A DNA stretch of 64,000 bases, taken from the NCBI RefSeq assembly GCF_964355755.1, contig NC_092673.1:16675648-16739647 (forward strand), given 5' to 3'. This stretch comes from Antedon mediterranea (Eukaryota > Animalia > Echinodermata). Position 1 is the stretch's first letter. Each line of letters opens with the position of its first letter. The position numbers and the translations under genes were made by a program. This document shows, piece after piece, positions 32,712 to 41,235 of the stretch. The notes beneath the pieces are model-generated. The model worked only from the letters and a program-made list of their open reading frames with translations. It did no database searches and was not told the DNA's origin.

Positions 32712-35700
32712 ATGTCAGGTGGACACAAAAGATATCTCACACAGGCGACGGGCTATCCGTTGGCCGTGAAATCGTCACGATTACGATACGGTGATGTCGC
32801 GCGACCGTCTATCGGTGGATACGGACCGTGTTATCCATCCATCAGCGACAAACATTTGAAAGTGTACCGAGTTGGCAACGATCAGAGAGCCGAATTGCCA
32901 ATTCTAGAAGATAAAGTTAAAGAGGAGACAATGATGCCGATGCGCGAATTTATACGTTCACTCGATCACGTGCTGGAAAAAGACTGTATCACAATTAGTC
33001 AAATGGTGAGTGTGGCGAAAAATCGCCCAATTGGTGCTGGAATCGCAGACACGTTATTCAAACTGGTATCTGAACATCAGCAGCGATACACCGTGTACAC
33101 GCTACGATCGACAGCAAAGATGAAAGCGGCCAATCTGAGAGGAAAACTATCGGACGTCGGACACGATCCAAGTTCTTTAGACAAATTCAGTTCAGCAGCC
33201 GCTTTCGGCCGTGTTGAATCGGTGGCCATCGCGTCCACTCGAATGGCCAAACAATACTGGCGTATGCTCAACGAGTACATGGTCAAGAACGGCAAAGCGT
33301 TTCCTCTGGCCAGTGCTCGAATGAATCAGATGACGGTGTTGATGTTGGCGCGGTTGTGCTGCACAATGAAATGTCATATTTTCAAGAGCGAACCAAAGGC
33401 CATTGTTCTCATTTCCGACAACCTCATGTCCACAATAGACTCGGTGCTCGAAGATCAAGGGCACGGTAACATGAAATTCAGTACATTGACTCGAACGGTG
33501 CTAAAACGTTTAGGAATCGGTGGTGGTGGTGGTGGTGGTGGTGGTATCATGAGATATCTGAGAGAATACGACTGGTATCAGAGATCAGCACGGCTGGTAA
33601 GAATCGGTGCCGAAATTTTCGAGAAAGAAATTTGCGCAGAAGATCAACCGCCCGAGCGTCGAACGGTGATTGCAGCCGGCGTAGACGAAGATTCACAACT
33701 GCTCGTCATGTTACGTCTGCGTTGTCGGCTCAGAAAGTGCAATCATAGGTTCAAAAACGACTACAATCGTACCAAGCACATGGAACGTGAACACCTTTAC
33801 ACGACGGCCGACATCAAATTAGCCACCGACATTGACACGTCCGACACGAGTAGACGGTACGAGCTGGTGAACGAACATGCAGTACTTGCACAGTATCCCT
33901 TTCTGGAAGATTTATCAGCCGGTGAAATTCATCCGGATTTCGTGAAACGATCAAAAGAATTCTGTGAGATACACATTGAAAATCTGTTTCGATTGAACAT
34001 CATCGAAAACGAATTGAAAATGTGGAATAAAATGAAAGTATTGGACGAGGCGTGCCGTGCTCAGAAACAATGGCGTTTAGAAACGATGCAAGAGGCCAAA
34101 CAATTTATCGTTGACGAAGATCGGTACAACTCAATCATGGCCACGTCTACAACCATCAGTCGAAGAAGAATCGACGAGAACAGAACGGACACAAACTTTA
34201 TATTGAACATGAAAAAAACCGTGGACGAGAATCCGATGGTGAAACTAATGCGAATGAACGAGACCGATTTCAATCATACGGTTGAGAATAACGACGGAGT
34301 GGACATGAGCAGCTTAACCAACAAAACGTTGGCATACGACGGCGAGGCATTACAGAGCAGCGCCAGACGTCAAATGCTGAACGCAGTTAGATTATCAAGT
34401 CGTCAATTGGACCCCGAAGGTGAGATTGCAATTCGAAACGTTACAGAACGACTGAAAGCCACCACCGATGCCGTTCACAACAACAGCGATGAAGAAGAAG
34501 AAGAAGAAGACAAGGATGATGATGAAAAAGAAGACCATCGTTATTGCGAATTGCGTAGAGGTCGTGGCAACGACGACGACGATGATGACGATAACGAGTC
34601 TCATAGTTTAGTGCTCCTGAAACCGACCGAAATCCGTGTGCATAGACTGGACGCGTTCAAAGAGATTAAAAACATCGTTGACGGTGTCATGGACAAACAC
34701 TCACAATTTGATCAAGCCACCGCCGCCATCGCCATGAACAATATAGTGAATTTTACAAGAACAAAGTTTCGACTCAGTGACGCCGGTCAACGAGCCACCT
34801 TCAAATACTGCTTTGGTCAATTGCAAAACGTTGCACGACTCGACAAAGAAGATGAACGTCGAAAAGCTGTTGTGGCCATATTTGCCGATGTCTTCAAATT
34901 CTTCAACTCTAATCAATCCGGTCAACTCAACAGACTGTATGCGAAACGAAAGTACTCTCGTTTCGATCCTTTCCGAAGAGTTGTCGAGGTGAACGAGTCG
35001 GATGCCTACGAAACACCATCCGACAGACAAGCAATTGTAGATATACCACCGTCCGGTCGGCTATCAATTACCATGGAATACAACGAATCTGACGATAACT
35101 CCTCGTCGTACGCGAAAGAAGTTGTGGAATTACAGCGTGAAACCTGTGCCATATGCATGTACGAATTTGGATGTCGTTCTCTCGAAGCTTTGCCTTGTGC
35201 TACAATTGCAAGCGGAGGAGACTTTACAGCATGCAGCACAGTCGATTGGAACGGTGCGCACATATTTCACATGTCCTGCATTCGAGAGATGATACGAAAT
35301 CGTGCCAAAGACACGAGAGCCAACCGAGTTGAATGTCCCACGTGTCGTGTCACCATTCACGATGCGGACGCGTTGAACGTGATTAGAATGAAACTTGTTC
35401 AAGCAAATTTCGAGGGAGACGTTGACGATTATGATGACGACGTGTTCAATGCAAAAACTGGACATCATGTTGCCGTAACGTGCCAACAGGATTTAGATCG
35501 ATTAAAGGACTCTGTGAAGAAATTGTACAAACAAAAGGATATGAGTATAAATTGCTCGAGAACTAACGCCAACAACAAACCGTACGAGCTCGGTCTAGTA
35601 AACTGGTACTCGGACACGTCTGAAGATGTCACCGAAGATGTTGATTTGTTTATTGCTAAACTCGCCACAGAGAATAAGATATCGGATAATCATGAAGCTC

Positions 35701-35738
35701 AACTACCGTCGTCGTTTACTCCAAAAATCATATCTTAA
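32712..35738 (+). CDS. Large protein with C2H2 Zn finger and C-terminal RING-H2 (putative E3 ligase/regulator)
   Basis: CRLRKCNHRF.....TKHMEREH; CAIC...C...HIFHMSC...CPTCR. Confidence 0.75.
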   Translation: MSGGHKRYLTQATGYPLAVKSSRLRYGDVARPSIGGYGPCYPSISDKHLKVYRVGNDQRAELPILEDKVKEETMMPMREFIRSLDHVLEKDCITISQMVSVAKNRPIGAGIADTLFKLVSEHQQRYTVYTLRSTAKMKAANLRGKLSDVGHDPSSLDKFSSAAAFGRVESVAIASTRMAKQYWRMLNEYMVKNGKAFPLASARMNQMTVLMLARLCCTMKCHIFKSEPKAIVLISDNLMSTIDSVLEDQGHGNMKFSTLTRTVLKRLGIGGGGGGGGGIMRYLREYDWYQRSARLVRIGAEIFEKEICAEDQPPERRTVIAAGVDEDSQLLVMLRLRCRLRKCNHRFKNDYNRTKHMEREHLYTTADIKLATDIDTSDTSRRYELVNEHAVLAQYPFLEDLSAGEIHPDFVKRSKEFCEIHIENLFRLNIIENELKMWNKMKVLDEACRAQKQWRLETMQEAKQFIVDEDRYNSIMATSTTISRRRIDENRTDTNFILNMKKTVDENPMVKLMRMNETDFNHTVENNDGVDMSSLTNKTLAYDGEALQSSARRQMLNAVRLSSRQLDPEGEIAIRNVTERLKATTDAVHNNSDEEEEEEDKDDDEKEDHRYCELRRGRGNDDDDDDDNESHSLVLLKPTEIRVHRLDAFKEIKNIVDGVMDKHSQFDQATAAIAMNNIVNFTRTKFRLSDAGQRATFKYCFGQLQNVARLDKEDERRKAVVAIFADVFKFFNSNQSGQLNRLYAKRKYSRFDPFRRVVEVNESDAYETPSDRQAIVDIPPSGRLSITMEYNESDDNSSSYAKEVVELQRETCAICMYEFGCRSLEALPCATIASGGDFTACSTVDWNGAHIFHMSCIREMIRNRAKDTRANRVECPTCRVTIHDADALNVIRMKLVQANFEGDVDDYDDDVFNAKTGHHVAVTCQQDLDRLKDSVKKLYKQKDMSINCSRTNANNKPYELGLVNWYSDTSEDVTEDVDLFIAKLATENKISDNHEAQLPSSFTPKIIS

Positions 35739-35789
35739 ATATTTGTGTCATTAATCTTATTCACGAATTAAGTTTTAGAAATAAAAGAA

Positions 35790-36168
35790 ATATGAAATAA
35801 CTGGCTTTATAATTTCTTTCAAGGCAATTAAGATATGATTATCTTAAAAATTATCTTATCTTATAGATTACTTCCGATAGATTATCAACAATTAGAAAAC
35901 AGCCTTTGAAGTTCAGTGGTTCTATTCAATATCCATCCACAACACATTCTCCTTGGATACCATTAGTTATTATTAATGGATCTACATTAAATTTTACACA
36001 CTTGAACAATGAATACGAATAAAGATTACACTTTAATTTCTTTCAATTTTATTATCATCTTCATATATAAAATCAACAATTAAAAATGCATAATTATGTT
36101 GATTAATGGATTATTTTGAGCACACAATCTGTTAAGATAACTCACTTCTACTCTAGATCGTGATTAGA
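35790..36168. repeat. AT-rich homologous region, inverted copy of ~58201-58595; partial copy at ~51458-51592
   Basis: e.g. ataactcacttctactctagatc at ~36140 is the reverse complement of gatctagagtagaagtgagttat at ~58210; homology continues ~380 bp. Confidence 0.9.
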
Positions 36169-36428
36169 TTGACTATTCCAACTTTCAAAGCTAATTATAG
36201 CAATATAGCTTTTGCGACACAAGGCGACCCATATATTATTAGGAAAGTCAAACGTTTGTTTGTGATTTTTATTTTTATTTTTTTTTTGTTTCTTCGAGAT
36301 AATAATATCTTGGTAAACGTTATGAAAAGTCGAGTCTTGACAACACTAAAATTGTTGTACTTTTATTGTACACTAGAGAATTCATATTTACGAGATTCAG
36401 AAAATTTGCAAAAACAAAAACAAAAACG

Positions 36429-37025
36429 ATGAGAGTGAACGTTATGCAAAGTAATATATCGAGTCTTGATTTGAGAATTCTACTTGCATCGTGTCCAGAT
36501 GGCACGCATTGTTGCATCGACTGTTCTCGTCTTGTAGGTGTGGTACGATTCTCTTGTGAAAGTCAATGCGACTGTGCAATAGCAAAGCTGGGTATACCCT
36601 ACGATCATCAATCGTTTGGAAACAAAACACATCCGAGCATAGCATTGGTGGCAAAACGCACAGCTCCGTTTTGTTCATCGGTCGTGATCGATGATGACGT
36701 GGCGGTGTTTCTGGACGTCAAACACATAGACTGGTTCACCGTTCAACTGTTGTGCATGTCTTTCGACATGGAAGCTGTCGTCGATCTGAAAGAGAAAACG
36801 TTAACCGTTCAAAACGTTATAATAGAGGAAGATGATAAAACAGATTTGGCACATTTGAAAACAGAAAGATACACCTTAGCGATGCGCTACATTAAGAGCA
36901 AGGAGAAGAAGAAGAAGAAGAAGAAGAATAAGAAGAAGAGAAATACTAAAAAGAAGAACCGATTGTGGTATGAAACGTTTCGTTGTCGGATACGTGGTGA
37001 CAGAAGTGACAGCGGTGGTCGTTGA
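36429..37025 (+). CDS. Hypothetical protein with basic tail
   Basis: ~198-aa ORF overlapping the protease start. Confidence 0.55.
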   Translation: MRVNVMQSNISSLDLRILLASCPDGTHCCIDCSRLVGVVRFSCESQCDCAIAKLGIPYDHQSFGNKTHPSIALVAKRTAPFCSSVVIDDDVAVFLDVKHIDWFTVQLLCMSFDMEAVVDLKEKTLTVQNVIIEEDDKTDLAHLKTERYTLAMRYIKSKEKKKKKKKNKKKRNTKKKNRLWYETFRCRIRGDRSDSGGR

Positions 37026-38310
37026 CAAAGAATATGATGTAACGCCTGACGTGATAGATCGATGGAAACTCATCGGATTGCCGGTTCGATGGAAACACGT
37101 GAAAGCACGTAAGAACGGTGTTGGAATACATTCATCGGGAGGCATCGGTACGGTTCTAGATTGGTGGCGAGACAATACACATCCAGACGCACACGAAGAA
37201 GGAACAGGTGCAGTGGCCGTTCTTATAGAGATCACGAATGAACCGTTTTTACGCAGTCCATTCTCACAGCATCTAAACTGTCTGTCACTCAGCTACAGAC
37301 GCGCCGATCACACTAAATGCGTTGAAGTTTCTCTCGTGGAGACTGGTCAACGAAAAGGTACAGTGGCCGTGTTCTGTAGTGACGAGCGCAGCGCCAGACG
37401 TACAGCAGAAAAAAGATTCGGATATAAACGTCGTCGCAAAGTAAAAGAGGAAAAAGAAGGTGCAATGTCTGTGAAGAAGGAAGAAAATTTGCTGGCGGAA
37501 TTGGAAGTAGTGAAAGATATGGCGAACACGTTACCACCGGAAAAACTCGATGCTCTACTCTCGCTGTTGAAAGACAAGGAAGAGAGCAACGTAAAAGACA
37601 AACAAGAAATCAAGGAAGAGGTGGATCTCTTGCGTGAACAATTCGGTGACTTTATACTCCGTTTGAGAGAAACGATGGAGGGAAGACTCGGACCTGAATA
37701 CAATAAGCAAATGAAAGACTTTAAAGCGGTGACGGATCGATGGGACACGGATCCTGGTATTGACGTTGCCGCCTCGTTTAAGGCCGCCAATGATCTCATC
37801 GATGATGCCACCTCGAACATGGCAAACAAGACCGAATTGGGTGATTTGCTCAAGCGCCGTTTTCCAAAAATGGAAGATCAAGTGAACGTTACAAACGCTA
37901 CATCATTGAGCGAAATACTAGACATTCACAAGCGATTGTTGACAAAAAACAACGAGAATACGATTAACGTCTGCAACGATTACTTCAAAACAGTCGAACA
38001 ACGAATCAAAAATAATACAATGAACGATCATGGTAATAGAAAACGTAAACACGAAACGAATGAACCGCCAGAGAAAAAACTTAAAGCCACCGCCGCCGCC
38101 GCCGCAGCAGCAGCCACCACCACAGACGATGAATTTGAAAAACGTATAAACAGTCTCGAGAAACTTACAGAAATGTTGGGCAAACAACTGCTAGCCCCAC
38201 CTCCACCACCACCACCACCACCATCACAGACAGTGGATGCATCGTTTGCGTTCAAAGACGACGGATTCAATTATTGGCAAGCTACTCATCAGAATTACAT
38301 AATGCGATAG
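36970..38310 (+). CDS. Capsid maturation protease-scaffold polyprotein (assemblin/HK97 prohead protease fold)
   Basis: FVVGYV, LPVRWKH, GIGTV, LSLSY (Ser nucleophile), EVSLVETGQRKGT; coiled-coil scaffold; VDA|S 22 aa from the C-terminus. Confidence 0.85.
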   Translation: MKRFVVGYVVTEVTAVVVDKEYDVTPDVIDRWKLIGLPVRWKHVKARKNGVGIHSSGGIGTVLDWWRDNTHPDAHEEGTGAVAVLIEITNEPFLRSPFSQHLNCLSLSYRRADHTKCVEVSLVETGQRKGTVAVFCSDERSARRTAEKRFGYKRRRKVKEEKEGAMSVKKEENLLAELEVVKDMANTLPPEKLDALLSLLKDKEESNVKDKQEIKEEVDLLREQFGDFILRLRETMEGRLGPEYNKQMKDFKAVTDRWDTDPGIDVAASFKAANDLIDDATSNMANKTELGDLLKRRFPKMEDQVNVTNATSLSEILDIHKRLLTKNNENTINVCNDYFKTVEQRIKNNTMNDHGNRKRKHETNEPPEKKLKATAAAAAAAATTTDDEFEKRINSLEKLTEMLGKQLLAPPPPPPPPPSQTVDASFAFKDDGFNYWQATHQNYIMR

Positions 38311-38645
38311 TTGACACTGAACCACGTTCGTTTTCCTTTCATCGAACGCTCCAGTTCATCGAACCAATACGGTATCTGCATCTCAGCCAGTGGCGGTGGT
38401 GATGCAAGATGATCAACATTCAACGATGATGATGATGATGATGGTGGTGCTGGTGATGTAACTTTAACTGTTGCATTTCGCTGACATTTCAAGTTCTTCA
38501 AAGAAGCGCATAGACTGTCAACACTCTTAACGTATCGATCGGTGGCCATAGACACGACTCCGTTCACATCGTTCTCTACAAAGTCATCTACTCTGTACTT
38601 TTCCGAAAAGAATCTGCATACATCCATTTGCGTACATCGATTCAT
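38295..38645 (-). CDS. Small hypothetical protein
   Basis: ORF from MNRCTQ, divergent from 38680 across a CA/GT tract. Confidence 0.45.
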   Translation of the reverse strand: MNRCTQMDVCRFFSEKYRVDDFVENDVNGVVSMATDRYVKSVDSLCASLKNLKCQRNATVKVTSPAPPSSSSSSLNVDHLASPPPLAEMQIPYWFDELERSMKGKRTWFSVNYRIM

Positions 38646-38679
38646 CACAAACACACAGGCGCACACACACACTTTAGAA

Positions 38680-39399
38680 ATGTCCACACTGCGTATACCC
38701 TTACTGCGATTGCCTATTTCTGACGACGACAATGATGATGATGATGATGATAATGATAATGATACTACTTTAACAGATTCACGATTTACAGAGTTGAGTG
38801 AGAGGTACGCTAAGCTGATTAACAGTTTTAGATTGACCAGCGATGAGAACGCGAGGCTATCGAACGTCAACCGACAGTTGAAAAGTCAACTGGAAAGTGT
38901 TAGCGACGAACGAGACGAACTTCAAAATCGACTTGAAACCGATGCACACGTTCGAGATTTGCAAGAGGATCCATCGCCCATCGAGCAGTTGGTCGAAATG
39001 TACGCCAGCGTTGTGAACGTGCCCATAACCGAATTGAGGAACGAACGTACAATCAACGGACTGTCAAGTTACTACGGCGTTGCTTTCTGGTTCCGCCTGT
39101 TGGTCGAAGAAACGTTCAATTTCCTCGATAATAAACTCAAAAAGCAACTGACAAATGAATACAATCTAAATTGCCACAAATTTGTCACCATTGTCGTCGA
39201 AAATGGAGTGACCGGTTCGCTGTGTCAAATGATTCGACAGTTGCAATTGTTCAACTTAAACAAAAACAAACTAACCACCGAAATCAATCACAAAATAATT
39301 GCCAAGAATCTCTCTGATGAATATCAACGGTTCACCGTTCTGATTGTTCCCATCGTTGTCAAGGAGGACGCGGCTCGTCGTACACAAACGTCACTGTAA
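38680..39399 (+). CDS. Coiled-coil hypothetical protein
   Basis: Acidic tract followed by heptad repeats. Confidence 0.6.
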   Translation: MSTLRIPLLRLPISDDDNDDDDDDNDNDTTLTDSRFTELSERYAKLINSFRLTSDENARLSNVNRQLKSQLESVSDERDELQNRLETDAHVRDLQEDPSPIEQLVEMYASVVNVPITELRNERTINGLSSYYGVAFWFRLLVEETFNFLDNKLKKQLTNEYNLNCHKFVTIVVENGVTGSLCQMIRQLQLFNLNKNKLTTEINHKIIAKNLSDEYQRFTVLIVPIVVKEDAARRTQTSL

Positions 39400-40361
39400 G
39401 AAAATACGTCAAAGTAATGCACATCGTCCACGATGCATTCATGGAACTTGACAAACGGAGGTATGGACAGTGGAAACATCGTGGAAGCTTCTCTCGTGCA
39501 CGCTTCCTTGATTTCAGGCGGCACTGCTTTTCCGTTCCATAGTACGCATTCTCTTGTCTTCCAAAGAACGATTCCTTCTACGCCCACGCGCTGTCGGTGA
39601 TTATCGCCCGTGAACACTAGGTTTTGTTGCGGATCGTACAGACCGACATTGTATTCATCGTTTGAAACGTCCACGCACGGACGCCATCTCTGGAACGTTT
39701 CGCAAAATCCACTGTATTCGGCTGCATCCAACAGTATTCCAACGCTTAACAAAAGACGAACGTCCCGGCGCACAAGCATCAACGATGGAATCAAGCGTAT
39801 CAATCGCAACAGTCTGTGCTCTCTATTACTACTCGGAGAAACTGTCGAATCGATTGCCAGCTTGTTGTCCAGAAACTTGTTGTACTGGAAGAAATCGTCT
39901 CGTTCTTTTTCGTTACAACACAGCGCAGTCATTTTCCATAACGGAAACATACAAGTCTGTGTTTTCACCATGTCCGAACGTGAAGCGAGTAGTTGATCTT
40001 CGTCGACAACAAGACGAGTGCGATGGCGTCGTTCCGCTTCTATCACTGTCAAAACAATGGAAACTCCGTCATCGTACAACCGTTGGTTTTCACAGAAATT
40101 GTACACACGTGCGCCAAAGTTATGCCTACCGTCTCGAAGCTCTAACGCGATGGCAATTCGTCGAATCTCTTTAGGCGAGCACGTTCGAAACCAAAGTTCG
40201 AATTCATACGTATCCTGTTGGCTTTGATGAAATGATGCAGTGCTAGTGATCGTTCTCGACGTACCGCTGAAATCGGAAGCTATCAAATGCGCCTTTGTTG
40301 GAACGTGTGGCGATTTCAAACTGAGCGCAAACATAATTCCATAATTCACATAAAAAGGCAT
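39324..40361 (-). CDS. Hypothetical protein
   Basis: 345-aa ORF. Confidence 0.6.
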   Translation of the reverse strand: MPFYVNYGIMFALSLKSPHVPTKAHLIASDFSGTSRTITSTASFHQSQQDTYEFELWFRTCSPKEIRRIAIALELRDGRHNFGARVYNFCENQRLYDDGVSIVLTVIEAERRHRTRLVVDEDQLLASRSDMVKTQTCMFPLWKMTALCCNEKERDDFFQYNKFLDNKLAIDSTVSPSSNREHRLLRLIRLIPSLMLVRRDVRLLLSVGILLDAAEYSGFCETFQRWRPCVDVSNDEYNVGLYDPQQNLVFTGDNHRQRVGVEGIVLWKTRECVLWNGKAVPPEIKEACTREASTMFPLSIPPFVKFHECIVDDVHYFDVFSYSDVCVRRAASSLTTMGTIRTVNR

Positions 40362-40422
40362 ACTAATAATGATTGACGTTCAGATTGCACTCTGACGACT
40401 TGTGGTTAAATTACTAAATAAA

Positions 40423-41232
40423 ATGAACAGATCAGACAAGAAAAAATTGCGTCAAAATCGTCTCTATTTTATTCGTAACATAAACAGCATTAGAGAAGTA
40501 ATGGAGAAATTGGTACAGAAAGGCGTGTATTCGACCAAGAAGATGGATGCAATTTTATCTAACACGAACGCTCGTGAACGATTGTTGATCGACATCGAAA
40601 CACGAGGTAGTTTTGCGTACAATGCATTTATCGATTCTATCCATGATGGCGGATTGAACGAGTACAAGATGACTTCAAATCCGCGCGGTTTCACAGTAAT
40701 CATCAACAATTATGATGATGATGATGATGATGATGATGATTGTGCAGCGCTTGAAAATGTCTTCAATTATCTCGGCTTCCAACTGTCTGTTAATCACAAT
40801 CTGACGTCCATAGAAACGAAGACGTTGCTCACACGTCTAAGTGAATACGATCACTCTAGACTAGATTGCATTGCCGTGTGCATTCTCACTCACGGTACTG
40901 TCAATGTCACTGAAATCGTCGACTGTTTCGAAAAATGTGAAACGTTGAACGGAAAACCTAAACTCTTTTTCATACAAGCTTGTCAAGTAGACGAAACAAT
41001 TGTCGTGCAGCCTCAATCGTTGCCGAGAGGCTGTGACGTATCCATTACGTATTCGACCCTGGACCGTCAGTATAAGTTTATTCAGTCACTCTGTAAAGTG
41101 TTTCATTCGTATTCAACAAAACACGATTTAATGTCCATGTTGACTCTTGCCAACGGAACAATTAAAAGCAATCAGGTGGCCGCAACCCAGCACGGTCTTT
41201 GTAAGAAACTCTTTCTACGTCCCGTGCACTAA
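40423..41232 (+). CDS. CARD-containing caspase homolog (caspase-2/9-like), possibly a decoy
   Basis: CARD LRQNR...LLIDIETRGSFAYNAFIDSI; YKMTSNPRG..VIINN; ILTHG; GKPKLFFIQACQ; KKLFL. Confidence 0.9.
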   Translation: MNRSDKKKLRQNRLYFIRNINSIREVMEKLVQKGVYSTKKMDAILSNTNARERLLIDIETRGSFAYNAFIDSIHDGGLNEYKMTSNPRGFTVIINNYDDDDDDDDDCAALENVFNYLGFQLSVNHNLTSIETKTLLTRLSEYDHSRLDCIAVCILTHGTVNVTEIVDCFEKCETLNGKPKLFFIQACQVDETIVVQPQSLPRGCDVSITYSTLDRQYKFIQSLCKVFHSYSTKHDLMSMLTLANGTIKSNQVAATQHGLCKKLFLRPVH

Positions 41233-41235
41233 AAC

